From Acidimicrobiia bacterium (lineage in GTDB: Bacteria; Actinomycetota; Acidimicrobiia; Spongiisociales; JAENVV01), in assembly GCA_041577335.1 (NCBI GenBank), contig JBFGJH010000014.1, forward strand, positions 1-61,460: a stretch of 61,460 nt of DNA, given 5' to 3'. The position numbers and the translations under genes were made by a program. Below, in pieces: positions 30,563-40,407 of the stretch (the stretch's first letter is position 1; each line of letters starts with the position of its first letter). The notes below the pieces were generated by a model that saw nothing but the letters and a program-made list of their open reading frames with translations, did no database searches and was not told the origin of the DNA.

Positions 30563-30751
30563 TCAGGGGTGGTCGGTGCCGGTAGGCGGAGGCTCATGTT
30601 CGGCGAGAATGGCAGCCGCAACCCTCAACGCGTCGACGGTGTACCTGCCGGAGGCGATTGCCTTCTGAAGTCTCTCCAGAGCGCTGCGCCGCTCACCTGA
30701 TGTTGCCATCGGGGAGATGCGAGGCCAATCACGGTCGTGAGCACGGCTCAA
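30563..30751 (-). CDS. Small FlgM-like anti-sigma-28 factor domain protein
   Basis: LERLQKAIASGRYTVDALRVAAAIL matches the FlgM C-terminal pattern (I..G.Y.vD...iA..ml). GTG overlaps the antiporter stop (GTGA); alternative ATG at 30709. Confidence 0.7.
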   Translation of the reverse strand: MSRAHDRDWPRISPMATSGERRSALERLQKAIASGRYTVDALRVAAAILAEHEPPPTGTDHP

Positions 30752-32958
30752 ATCAAGCCAGTCCAGTCGGGTATCGACACGATGACGATCGGCAGGTTGG
30801 CGTTCTCCACGATGTAACTCACCCGGTGACCAAAGAAGGGCCGGTTGCTGAGGGCCCGAGATGCAACCCCGAGGACCAACACGTCGAATGAGCCGCTGTT
30901 GGCCATCTCGACGATCTGCTCCTCGGGATTCGCCTCGACAACGAGTCGGGTATCGACGCGAACACCGAGCCGGCTCCCCAATGTGGCCGCGTCGGCGAGG
31001 AGCTCTGCACCCGCTCGCTGGGCGTCTGCAAGACGCGATTCCTCGATCATCATGCCCTGGCCCTCCGGTCGGTTGATGACGTGCAGAGCCAAGACGGCAC
31101 CCTCTTCGCCGGCGAGCGAATATGCGAATTCCTCGGCGGCCCTCGTCGCCACGCCGCCGGTGACGGGAACGAGGACACGCCGCGGCAGCTGCTCGGGAAT
31201 CGTGTCATCGTCGGGGAATCGCACCACGACCGCAGGAATCGACACTTGGCCGAGAATACGATCGGTCACCGAGGAGAACATGCCTGTTTCGCTTTTGGTG
31301 CCAGAGGCACCCACGACCAGCATGTCATACCCGAGGCCGGTTTCGGCTGCGATCGCATCAACCGGGTCACGAGCTGTCTTGCTGAGCTGGCGCGTGGCGG
31401 CCTCTTCGAGGACCCCGATGACTCCGTCTGCTCCTGCTGACGAGCCCCTTCGCCGACCCATCCAATGCGGCAGGAATCGCCATCGACCAGCGACGTCGAC
31501 CGTCATGACGGTGACCTCGATGTCGTCGAACACACGCTCGACGAGCTGGGCTGCGAATTGCGAGTTCAAGCCGCCGCGTGTTGGCAGCAAGATACGCCTG
31601 GTTCCGAGGATCACTGAGCTGTCGCGGAGCGACTCGCGCTCGAGCCGCTGCCGTTCCTCGGCGGGTGCCTCCCAACCACGCACCACCAGCCGGAGCAGCG
31701 CGGGGGAGACGATCGACGTGACGATGGCGGCCAGCACCAGCACGGTATATCCCGTCTCAGACAGCACTCCGGTGTTCAAGCCCACGAGAGCGACAACGAT
31801 GCCCATTGCGCCCAGGGCGCTCAGGCCGCTCCCGAGCGCCAGACCCTCACGATGACCGAGCCCTCCCAGTCGGGCGCCGAAATAGGTGCCTACGACCTTG
31901 GCGGCCAACGCCGCCACGATGACGCCGGCGGTCCACAGAAGCGCCTCCGTCGATCGCAGCGCGGTGAGGTCGACCCGGAGTCCCGAAAAAGCAAAGAAGA
32001 CGGGAGCAAAGAACGCCGTGGTCGTGGTCTCGAGGGTTTCACGCACAGCCGGAACCTGATGACGGGTGGTCGAAAGCAGAATGCCGACGATGAACGCTCC
32101 GAGTATCGCCTCGAGCTCGAGATACTGGGTGACTGCCGCACCGATGAATGCGGCCATCAACGTGATGGTGAGGCCGGCGGTAACCGAGGACCCCGATCGG
32201 GCCATCGATCTGCGGTACAACTGATCGATGAGCCATCGGCCGACAGTGACGATGATCACCAGAAACAGGACGAGGCCGCCAACGGAGCGGCCGAGGGCAG
32301 CAACGTCGAAGCGGGACTCACGGGCAATTCCTGCCAAGGCTGCCAGCAGCAACCAGCCGATCGAGTCCATCGTCATCCCCGCGGCCAGGGTGATCTGGCC
32401 GAAGTTTCTACGTAAGAGACCGAGATCTTGGAGGATCTTGGCAACCACGGGGAGCGCCGAAACCGCCAGGGCCAGCGCAAAGATCGCCGCGAACACGGCC
32501 TCCGACCCGGCCTCTCCGCGAAAGTCGGGGGGAGCCAGCAGCGCTATGGTGGCTCCGACTGCCAGCGGAATCAGCAGGCTCCCCGCCGACACCGACAATG
32601 CCGCTTTCCGAAATCGGTTGATGATCGCCAAGTCGGTTTCGAATCCGATCACGACGAGCAACGTGATGACGCCGAGCCAGGCGATTCCGAATACGGCCGA
32701 GTTGACGACCGGTTCTTCCACAAACACGAAGTCGAACCAGTTGGGAGCAATGGTCCCAAACACGGACGGGCCGAGCAGCACACCTGCGATGAGCTCGCCG
32801 ACCACGGGAGGTTGGTTGATCATCTTCATGACCCCGCCCAACACCCGGGCGACACCCACGAGCAGGGCAAGCTGGATGAGAAACACCAGGACCTGGTGCT
32901 CGTCGAGCGGCGGGGCCGCCTCGGCCGATTCGGCCGCGAAGAGGATAGGGGTGCTCAT
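30748..32958 (-). CDS. Cation:proton antiporter (CPA2) with two C-terminal USP domains
   Basis: QPPVVGELIAGVLLGPS, SALPVVAKIL, FFAPVFFAFSG, many TM segments; RRILLPTRGG and RRVLVPVTGG USP starts. Confidence 0.93.
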   Translation of the reverse strand: MSTPILFAAESAEAAPPLDEHQVLVFLIQLALLVGVARVLGGVMKMINQPPVVGELIAGVLLGPSVFGTIAPNWFDFVFVEEPVVNSAVFGIAWLGVITLLVVIGFETDLAIINRFRKAALSVSAGSLLIPLAVGATIALLAPPDFRGEAGSEAVFAAIFALALAVSALPVVAKILQDLGLLRRNFGQITLAAGMTMDSIGWLLLAALAGIARESRFDVAALGRSVGGLVLFLVIIVTVGRWLIDQLYRRSMARSGSSVTAGLTITLMAAFIGAAVTQYLELEAILGAFIVGILLSTTRHQVPAVRETLETTTTAFFAPVFFAFSGLRVDLTALRSTEALLWTAGVIVAALAAKVVGTYFGARLGGLGHREGLALGSGLSALGAMGIVVALVGLNTGVLSETGYTVLVLAAIVTSIVSPALLRLVVRGWEAPAEERQRLERESLRDSSVILGTRRILLPTRGGLNSQFAAQLVERVFDDIEVTVMTVDVAGRWRFLPHWMGRRRGSSAGADGVIGVLEEAATRQLSKTARDPVDAIAAETGLGYDMLVVGASGTKSETGMFSSVTDRILGQVSIPAVVVRFPDDDTIPEQLPRRVLVPVTGGVATRAAEEFAYSLAGEEGAVLALHVINRPEGQGMMIEESRLADAQRAGAELLADAATLGSRLGVRVDTRLVVEANPEEQIVEMANSGSFDVLVLGVASRALSNRPFFGHRVSYIVENANLPIVIVSIPDWTGLI

Positions 32959-33004
32959 CAAGGTCGCCCGAGTGTACCGGGAGGGTCGCTGGTAGCGTGC
33001 CGTC

Positions 33005-34024
33005 ATGGACCAGATAGCCAACCTCGCAGTCATTGGAGCCGGCTCATGGGGAACAGCGGTGGCGTCGCTGGCCGCCCAGGCCTGCGACACGACGCTGTGG
33101 GCACGCCGGGCGGAGGTTGCCGAAGCAATCTCTCGCGATCACCGCAACCCCGATTACCTCACCGACTTCGTGATCCCTGCTCGGGTGTCCGCAACCGGAA
33201 GCATCGAAGACGCCGTTTCCGGTGCCGATGCTGTTGTGGTCGGTGTCCCCTCACACGGCTTTCGCAGTGTGATCGAGCAAGCTGCCTCGCTGATCGCCTC
33301 AGACGTCCCAGTGGTGAGCCTCACCAAGGGCATCGAAGCCGACACGCTCATGCGGATGACCGAGGTGGTGGCCGACGTCCTCGTAGGACACGATCCCCGC
33401 CGCATCGGCGTTCTGAGCGGCCCCAACCTCGCCAAAGAGATCATGGCAGGCCAGCCGGCTGCGACGGTGGTTGCCATGGGTGACCACGAGGCCGCCCGGG
33501 CGTTGCAGAAGGCCTTCATGACGCCCACCTTTCGCGTCTACACCAATCCCGACGTCATCGGATGTGAGATCGCCGGGGCCTGCAAGAACGTCATGGCTAT
33601 CGCGTCCGGGATGGTGAGCGGTCTCCAGTTCGGGGACAACACCAGAGCGGCGTTGGTGACGCGCTCCCTGGCCGAGTTGGCTCGCCTGGGCATTGCCGTC
33701 GGCGGTCATCCGCTGACCTTTGGCGGCCTGGCCGGGGTGGGCGACCTCGTCGCTACCTGCTATTCGAGCCAGAGCCGCAACTACACGGTCGGCTATGGCC
33801 TCGGGGCGGGACGGCCACTCGACGAGATCATCACCGAGATGAGCATGGTCGCCGAAGGCGTCAAGAGCACCAAGGGCGTGCTGGCGCTCGCCGCCAAACA
33901 CTCCATCGAGATGCCGATCGCCGCAGAAGTGGGACGGGTTTTGTACGAAGGCGCCGACCCGGCCGACTCGATGATGGCGCTGATGGGACGAGCGGCAACC
34001 TCCGAAGGGCACGGGCTGCTCTAG
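33005..34024 (+). CDS. gpsA: NAD(P)H-dependent glycerol-3-phosphate dehydrogenase
   Basis: GAGSWGTA, LTKGIE, SGPNLAKE, GACKNVMAI, GLAGVGDL...SRN, VAEGV. Confidence 0.97.
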   Translation: MDQIANLAVIGAGSWGTAVASLAAQACDTTLWARRAEVAEAISRDHRNPDYLTDFVIPARVSATGSIEDAVSGADAVVVGVPSHGFRSVIEQAASLIASDVPVVSLTKGIEADTLMRMTEVVADVLVGHDPRRIGVLSGPNLAKEIMAGQPAATVVAMGDHEAARALQKAFMTPTFRVYTNPDVIGCEIAGACKNVMAIASGMVSGLQFGDNTRAALVTRSLAELARLGIAVGGHPLTFGGLAGVGDLVATCYSSQSRNYTVGYGLGAGRPLDEIITEMSMVAEGVKSTKGVLALAAKHSIEMPIAAEVGRVLYEGADPADSMMALMGRAATSEGHGLL

Positions 34025-34041
34025 CCAGGCGGATACGGGCG

Positions 34042-36555
34042 CTACGCCCGCCGGACGAGGGTCGCGCCGGTGGCGGGATCTTTGTCGAGTTCGATGAGGT
34101 CCTCCAGGCGGTCCCTCATGTCGGGCACATGTGACACCACAACAACCAGTCGGCTGTCGTGTTCGGCCACGAGACGCTCGATGCCCGCCATGGCCAAGTC
34201 GAGGTGCTCGCTGTCGAGCGAGCCGAACCCTTCGTCGAGGAAGAACGCATCGAGGCGCCCTCCCCCACGCCCAACGGTCTCCGCCAGCGCCAGCGCCAGC
34301 GCCAATGAGGCCAGGAACGTCTCGCCTCCGGAGAGAGTGTCGGCTTTTCGCACCTGCTCGGCCGCGGTGAGGTCGACCACCGAGAACTTGCCATCTTCGG
34401 AGAATCGATACCGACCGCCGGAAAGCTCCTCGAAACGGGCGCTCCCCAGCCTGCTCAGGATCCGGCGTTCCTCCTCGAGGAGGAAGCGCAGGAAGTTGGA
34501 TGGGGTGAGATCGGAGGCGAGCTGGGTGTAGACATCCCGCTCCGCGAGAGCGGAGGCCTGCTTGGCTGCCAGATCATCTGCTCCCGCCAGCCGCTCCGTC
34601 CGCGTCTCCACCTCGGTCGCCCGGGCGGCCAGCATGGCCTTGGCGTCAGACAAGGCGGTGACGTAGTCCGAATCGACCGGCAAGTCCACCGACGCCAAGA
34701 GGTCTTGGCGCAGCGCCTCTGCCTCTTGCATGCGCGCCACTGCTTCGCCCGCCGCCGAGGCAGCCTCCTCGCGGGCCTTCGTCCACTCGCCTCGGATCGC
34801 GCCGAGGGCTTCACCGATCTCGGCCGGCTCCGCGCCGATATCCAGCTCGAGTCCAAGTGCTCCACAGACTGCGTGGAGTTGGCCGGTGAGCTGCTCGAGC
34901 TCACGATCGGTTGATGTCCGGGTTTCCACAAGCTCGGCGTGGGCGGCTCGCCGAGCGGTGGCGAGCTGAGCGGCGTCACGGAGTTCCTGCTCCAGCGAGA
35001 CGAGTAGTGTCTCGAACTCCTCGAGGTCCACGCCGTCGAGGAGCCCGAGTAACGAGGTGCGGGTCGCGTCGGCGGCGGCCATCAGTTGCTGGGCGGTCTT
35101 TTCAGCAGCCTCGACTCGTTGTTGTGCCCGTTGCCGGCTCTCGAGGGCTGCTTTCACCGACGCCTCGGCCCGGGCCAGCTCTATCTCGAGTTTCGTGTGA
35201 GTCTGACGAGCCTGGTCGACATCGGCGTGGGCTGACTCGTAGCGTTTTCGTGCCTCATCCAGCCCCGGCGCGTCCGACTCGGGCACCTCTGCGACGTGCT
35301 GATGACAGACCGGGCATTCGTCGCCAGCGGCAAGGCCGCTCCTCAGCGTTGCGGCCACATCGGCCGACTCGGTGGCCCGCAATGCGGCTGCGGCCGCCTC
35401 GAAGGCGGCAAGCGCCGCATCCACGCCCGCCTGGGAAGCCGTCACTTCCGTCTTGGCAGACTCCAAATTGACCGAACTCGTCGCTAGTACGTCATCAGCG
35501 GCGGCTAGCTCGGCGGAGGTTTGTTCGTGGCGCTCCTGCTCGGAGCGGGCTGCTTCCTTCTGTTGCGTCGCCGTAGAGGCAAGCTCTTGCACTTCGGCGA
35601 GCTTGTCACGTCCTCCAATCCGGTCTAGCGCCTTCTCGACAGCTCCGTGTGCATGCTTCTCCAGCTTCTCCGCCTCTGCCACGGCCGTACTCGCCACGGC
35701 GACTTTGGTGAGGATGTCGCCCGCCTGAGCGAGGAGGTCGGCGGTGTCGTCGGCCGCGGGAAGGCGCTGTGCCAGCTCCTCTAGCCTGGCGATCTGCTTC
35801 TGATGCGCCTCTCCATCTCGTGCTGCGGCAGCCTTGCTCGAGATGACCTCGGTGATCTGTTCTCCGATTGCGACGAGGCTTTCGTGACGTTCGAATGCAA
35901 GGACCTTCTTCTGCTCCGCCTCGGCCAGCAACGCCCGTTCGTTATCGAGGTCTTTTCGCCGCCGGTCTATCTCCTGGAGGTCCCTGGCCAGGTCGTCTCG
36001 CCTTCGTCGAGCTTCAGTTTGCATGAGATCGATGCGTTCGAACCCAAAGACACCCTTGAGAACGACGTCACGGTCAGCCGGCTTGGCCCGCAGAAACTCG
36101 GAAAACCGATTCTGTGCGAGCATGACGGACCGGCCAAACGCGGCGAAGTCGAGGCCGAGTACCTCTTCGAGTCTCTCGTCGACAGCGCCCTTCTTGACGA
36201 CGCGCTCCGCTGGTTTGGCTTCGGATTCCAACGCTTCGAAGTCGGCGTAGCGGTAGGCAGCATGTTCGGATTGGCCGTCCTTGCGGAGGGCTCGCACCAC
36301 TCGCCACACCTCGCCTCCGGCTTCGAACACGAGCTCGACCTTGCCGATGTCAGAACGTTGATTTATCAACGTCTTGGTGGCGGCCGCCTGCGAGTGAGTC
36401 TTGCCGTACAGCGCAAATGCGATCCCGTCGAGAATGGTCGATTTGCCTGCTCCGATGGGACCGACCACACCGACTAGCCGGCGATTGGCGAAGTCGAAGG
36501 TGGTCGCCGAGGCATAGCTCCGGAATCCGTCGAGTGTCAGCCGTAGAGGTCTCAT
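34042..36555 (-). CDS. sbcC: SbcC/Rad50-type SMC ATPase
   Basis: GPIGAGKS (Walker A), coiled coils with CPVC zinc hook, LSGGE signature, [13 protein letters not shown]. Confidence 0.95.
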   Translation of the reverse strand: MRPLRLTLDGFRSYASATTFDFANRRLVGVVGPIGAGKSTILDGIAFALYGKTHSQAAATKTLINQRSDIGKVELVFEAGGEVWRVVRALRKDGQSEHAAYRYADFEALESEAKPAERVVKKGAVDERLEEVLGLDFAAFGRSVMLAQNRFSEFLRAKPADRDVVLKGVFGFERIDLMQTEARRRRDDLARDLQEIDRRRKDLDNERALLAEAEQKKVLAFERHESLVAIGEQITEVISSKAAAARDGEAHQKQIARLEELAQRLPAADDTADLLAQAGDILTKVAVASTAVAEAEKLEKHAHGAVEKALDRIGGRDKLAEVQELASTATQQKEAARSEQERHEQTSAELAAADDVLATSSVNLESAKTEVTASQAGVDAALAAFEAAAAALRATESADVAATLRSGLAAGDECPVCHQHVAEVPESDAPGLDEARKRYESAHADVDQARQTHTKLEIELARAEASVKAALESRQRAQQRVEAAEKTAQQLMAAADATRTSLLGLLDGVDLEEFETLLVSLEQELRDAAQLATARRAAHAELVETRTSTDRELEQLTGQLHAVCGALGLELDIGAEPAEIGEALGAIRGEWTKAREEAASAAGEAVARMQEAEALRQDLLASVDLPVDSDYVTALSDAKAMLAARATEVETRTERLAGADDLAAKQASALAERDVYTQLASDLTPSNFLRFLLEEERRILSRLGSARFEELSGGRYRFSEDGKFSVVDLTAAEQVRKADTLSGGETFLASLALALALAETVGRGGGRLDAFFLDEGFGSLDSEHLDLAMAGIERLVAEHDSRLVVVVSHVPDMRDRLEDLIELDKDPATGATLVRRA

Positions 36556-37718
36556 TCGACTCCCGCCTCAACGGCGTCGCTGACCGACCGGAACGCCGCC
36601 AAGAGCTCCTCGGGCACCTCGTCAACCCCGCGATCCTCCTGTACAAAAGCGGCATAGAGCTCGTCGAGTGCCAAACCCGCCCGGGTGTCGAAGGTGCTCT
36701 CGGCCCGCGGGTAGACCGCCTCGACGCGCACCAGGTACGGGAACGTTTGGCGGGCCAGGTCGGCCAACCCGGGCTCGGGTCCCGCCGTCTCCACGCGCAG
36801 ATCCACATAGGTGTCTTGCAGGTCGTACCGGGCGGCCAGCTCCTCCCACGGCCCGATGGCGCGGATCAGGCGGCGCCCTGCCGTGATATCCACCGAGCGG
36901 ACGGTGGCAGGGAGCCCCGGCTCGGCGTCCACCACCACCACCCGCTTCTGTTCTCCGGCCTCGCCAAAATCGAGCTCGAGCAGCGAGCCGGCGTATTCGG
37001 CTGGTACGGCGGCGTGCGGCACTCGCTGGGGAGCATGGATGTGGCCCATTGCCACGTAAGCAAGCGACGGCGGTATGGCTTGCTCAGTGGCGCTGTATGC
37101 CTTGCCGATGTGGAGTTGGCGCTCGCCTCTGGGCACGCCGTGTCCGCCGATCGAGGCGCCCGTGACCATGAAGTGAGCGGCCAACATGGCAATGCCGTTC
37201 GGGCCGGCCGCTTCGACGGCGGCGTCGGCATAGGCCTTGGCCAGGTCGCGGATACGATCGGCATAGAGCCCGTACCACCGCTCGGTGGAAGCCATGAAGT
37301 CCACGATGTGGCCTTCGCGCAGGAATGGGAAACACGCAACGGCCGCCCGCCCGGCCGGGATGTCGAACGTGAGCACACCGCCCTCGTCCGGGCGCTTGAT
37401 CGTGCCCACCAGGTGAACGCCATAGGGCGCCAACAGCGGCGCCAGCACCTCGAGCAGCTCTCCCGAGTCGTGGTTGCCGGCAACGGCGACGACTGGCCGG
37501 TCCGCAGCCAGCGCCTGCAAACGCTCGATGACCAGGGACAGCGCCCACAGCGGCGGGCTGGGGCGATCGAACAGATCGCCAGACACCACCACCATGTCCA
37601 CTGCCTCTCGGTCGGCGATCTCAACGACTTCGGACAGCACTGCGTGGTATTCGTCGCGGCGGTCGTACCGCCCGAGCTTCTTGCCGACGTGCCAGTCGGA
37701 CGTATGGAGGACGCGCAT
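36552..37718 (-). CDS. sbcD: SbcD/Mre11 nuclease
   Basis: LHTSDWH, GDLFD, GNHD, AH, MGHIH, YAGSLL phosphoesterase motifs. Confidence 0.96.
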   Translation of the reverse strand: MRVLHTSDWHVGKKLGRYDRRDEYHAVLSEVVEIADREAVDMVVVSGDLFDRPSPPLWALSLVIERLQALAADRPVVAVAGNHDSGELLEVLAPLLAPYGVHLVGTIKRPDEGGVLTFDIPAGRAAVACFPFLREGHIVDFMASTERWYGLYADRIRDLAKAYADAAVEAAGPNGIAMLAAHFMVTGASIGGHGVPRGERQLHIGKAYSATEQAIPPSLAYVAMGHIHAPQRVPHAAVPAEYAGSLLELDFGEAGEQKRVVVVDAEPGLPATVRSVDITAGRRLIRAIGPWEELAARYDLQDTYVDLRVETAGPEPGLADLARQTFPYLVRVEAVYPRAESTFDTRAGLALDELYAAFVQEDRGVDEVPEELLAAFRSVSDAVEAGVE

Positions 37719-39427
37719 CAGAGATCGAAGGGATCGCTGGTGTCCAGCACCTCTTCACGACGTGTTGCCCAGGGCGGGAATGGGAACCGCACCACCAGCG
37801 GCACCGGAATGGCCGGCTGAGAAATGACCATGGTCCCCGGCTTGAGCAGGCGGGCTCGGGCCCGAGTCGACGGCAGCATCCAGCCGTACTCAGATCGTTC
37901 TGCTTCGGCTGCATCCAGGCGTCCGGCAACCCGAATGGCTGCGTTTTCCATGACCTCGGGAGCAACCCGGGACGCTGTCTGTTGCGCTCCTACCAGCAGG
38001 ACCCCAAGCGACCGGCCCCGCTGGGCGATGTCGATCAACATTTCCTTCAGCGGGCTGTGACCTTCACGGGGGGCGTATTTGTTGAGTTCATCGAGCACGA
38101 CCACCGACAAGGGCAGCCGCTGGCCGGTGCGGTCCTTCTCGTCAAACGTCTCTTGAAGCAGCGCCCCCACCACAAAACGCTGCGCCAGGTCGTGGAGCGA
38201 TTGGATGGCGACCACGGTCACCTGGGCCGCCGACCGGTCGATGCGTCGGCTGTCGCCTGCCGCAATGATCTTGCCGAGGCGCTGCTGGGCGGCGTACAGC
38301 CGGCGCATGAACGCCGACACCGTTCCACCCTGCACTCGTCCGGTCCATGCCCGGTCGGGCTCGTCGTCGCTGGGGTCGAGGTACTCCTCGAGCGTCTCCA
38401 CCATCGATCGCAAGTCGGTGATTGGCCTCTCCCCCGGCTCCAGCGCCACCGACGTGCCGGCGGTGTGGCCGCCCTGGGGAGGCTGGCGGAGGACCACGGC
38501 GCCGGGCATGCCCGTCACGTCGACGGCCCAACGACGCAGCTGAGATCGCACTCGTTCTTCCACGAAGGACAGCTGGTTGCGACTGTCAGAGGCGTCGGTG
38601 AACAGGAACCGCAGCAGACCCTCGTCGATGAACTGGCGCGGGGTCCACGAGAAGGCATCCACCCCTTCTTGGCGGCCACCCGTGTCGGGCAGGATCACGT
38701 CGCCGGTGCCGGTGCGGGGCGGCGCCCAGAACCCGACCGATGGGAACGGGCCGGGCTCGACTCCGAGTTGGCCCCACACTTCTCGGTCGTCATCCCCGAA
38801 CCGATTGTTGGCTTTGTCGAGCCAGAGCAGGTCTTCACCTTTGACGTTGAACACCAGCACTCGGAGATTGGAGGCGCCCTCTCCTACGATGTCGGCGCGC
38901 CCGGTGAGCATGCGGAGGAAGAACAGAGCAAACGACGTCTTGGTGGCGACACCCGACACGCCGGAGATCGACATGTGGCCACCCTTGCGACCGTCGAAGA
39001 AGTCGAGGTCGACGTACATTGGCAGCCCGTCCTTGCCAGTCCCGACGGGGAGCGGACGCTCCATATCGTCGGCGTACAACGCCTTGGCTCTGGCTTCTCC
39101 GGCGGCGCGGGCGACAGGCTGGCCCGGATCGGGCGACACCCACACCTCAGGATCGACCCTCGTGATCTGGATCTGCGCCGACCGCACCTTCTGAGCAGGC
39201 AACACTCCGTCGGTGGCGATGCGAAAGGTGTCCGACTCGTAAGAGGCGCCTTCGTAGACGGCTTCCACCTCGGTCACGATTCCGTAGGTGGCGATGGTAC
39301 CCGCCTTGGGAACCTCGGTCTCGACGACCACCAGGTCGTCGAGTTGAAGGTATTGATCGTCTTCGATCACGACCCTGAATTCACTGGTTGAGGTGTGCTG
39401 CGTCCCGAGTACCCGTCCGACGCTCAT
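37718..39427 (-). CDS. herA: HerA-family ATPase/DNA translocase
   Basis: N-terminal HAS-barrel-like region (VGRVLG...DDLVVV...YGIVTEV), Walker A variant SGVSGVATKT, VFNVKGE, VVLDELNKY, RGRSLG, GAQQ. Confidence 0.88.
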   Translation of the reverse strand: MSVGRVLGTQHTSTSEFRVVIEDDQYLQLDDLVVVETEVPKAGTIATYGIVTEVEAVYEGASYESDTFRIATDGVLPAQKVRSAQIQITRVDPEVWVSPDPGQPVARAAGEARAKALYADDMERPLPVGTGKDGLPMYVDLDFFDGRKGGHMSISGVSGVATKTSFALFFLRMLTGRADIVGEGASNLRVLVFNVKGEDLLWLDKANNRFGDDDREVWGQLGVEPGPFPSVGFWAPPRTGTGDVILPDTGGRQEGVDAFSWTPRQFIDEGLLRFLFTDASDSRNQLSFVEERVRSQLRRWAVDVTGMPGAVVLRQPPQGGHTAGTSVALEPGERPITDLRSMVETLEEYLDPSDDEPDRAWTGRVQGGTVSAFMRRLYAAQQRLGKIIAAGDSRRIDRSAAQVTVVAIQSLHDLAQRFVVGALLQETFDEKDRTGQRLPLSVVVLDELNKYAPREGHSPLKEMLIDIAQRGRSLGVLLVGAQQTASRVAPEVMENAAIRVAGRLDAAEAERSEYGWMLPSTRARARLLKPGTMVISQPAIPVPLVVRFPFPPWATRREEVLDTSDPFDL

Positions 39428-40371
39428 CGGCTGCCCTCCATGGCGGCTTGACGAAGCGCACGATAGACCAGTTTGGGGTCGCCGAGCTCGCGCCTGAGAC
39501 GCTTTTCCAGCGCGGCGATGGGAACGAGGTTCTGAGGAGCCCGCGGGTCGGTATGGAGAGCAGGCGCGGTGGTCGGTAGCAGTGCAGCCGACTGATTGGC
39601 GAGCGCGACCGCGCGGTCAATGCCAAGCGAGGCAGGCACCTCGCAGCGGACCACACCCGACCAGAGGTGACCGCCAGCGACTTCGGCAAGTTTCAGGTAC
39701 CACGAGTATCGGGCAAAACGGGTGGCATCGATGAGGAACAGCGGCGTGCGGTCGCCTGCCGCCAGCTTTCGCACGGTGGCGATCTCGGCCAGTTCGAGAT
39801 AGTTGACCCGATGGGTCTTGATGAGCCCGATGATCGACCGGGGCTTGAGGCTGTTCACCGGCCCGTCGGCCACCACCAGATGATCGCTCCCATCGGCCAA
39901 GGTTGCCGCCAGGTCGGCCTCGGCGACTCGCATCCGCTCGTGGAGTTGGCGGACCAGTTCGCCCGGATCTTCGCTCGGCACGCCCACCGTCTCGTAGCCG
40001 AGCCCTCCGGCCGGCACCGGCTCGTTGCGGCCACCCGACAGAAAGGCGATGCGTTCCATGGTGATGTGACCGAACTCTGACTTGGGGACCGTGCGATCCC
40101 ACACGGTGGCGCCGACAGCCAGCGAGCCAAACAGGCCGGGCGTCACCGACTGGTTGTCGTCGAGCGTGAGCCGGGCATCGACCCGGCGAACGCCGTCGAT
40201 GAACACGACCACCGGTACATCATCTGCACACCCCGGGGGAGGCAGTTTCGGCCTCCACTCCGCTTGTTCCACCGTCGGGTCGATGACCCCATCGGACGGC
40301 TCCAGCTCGGAATCGTGGGCGATGGGAGACCCGTATTCCGGGGCCCAGGATTCAACGTAGAGAGCGGTCAT
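39424..40371 (-). CDS. nurA: NurA-like 5'-3' nuclease (RNase H-like fold)
   Basis: Acidic motifs VFIDGVRR and VVADGP, GLIKTH, RTPLF, SWYLKL, RAPQNL; directly upstream of herA with ATGA overlap. Confidence 0.78.
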   Translation of the reverse strand: MTALYVESWAPEYGSPIAHDSELEPSDGVIDPTVEQAEWRPKLPPPGCADDVPVVVFIDGVRRVDARLTLDDNQSVTPGLFGSLAVGATVWDRTVPKSEFGHITMERIAFLSGGRNEPVPAGGLGYETVGVPSEDPGELVRQLHERMRVAEADLAATLADGSDHLVVADGPVNSLKPRSIIGLIKTHRVNYLELAEIATVRKLAAGDRTPLFLIDATRFARYSWYLKLAEVAGGHLWSGVVRCEVPASLGIDRAVALANQSAALLPTTAPALHTDPRAPQNLVPIAALEKRLRRELGDPKLVYRALRQAAMEGSR

Positions 40372-40407
40372 GAGCGGGATCGTACAACCCGCCACCGACA
40401 AGAACGG

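Noticed and set aside
10730..33090. Long N-terminal extensions or overlaps in the ORF track (ATP-grasp, sseA, sufE, DUF368, antiporter) and long antisense ORFs
   Set aside because: Typical stop-poor shadow frames of high-GC DNA; each overlaps a well-supported gene on the opposite strand.
6116..39427. Sir2 + HerA as a Sir2-HerA anti-phage system
   Set aside because: The genes are over 30 kb apart, the sirtuin is a canonical Zn-binding CobB deacylase, and HerA sits in the nurA/sbcD/sbcC operon.
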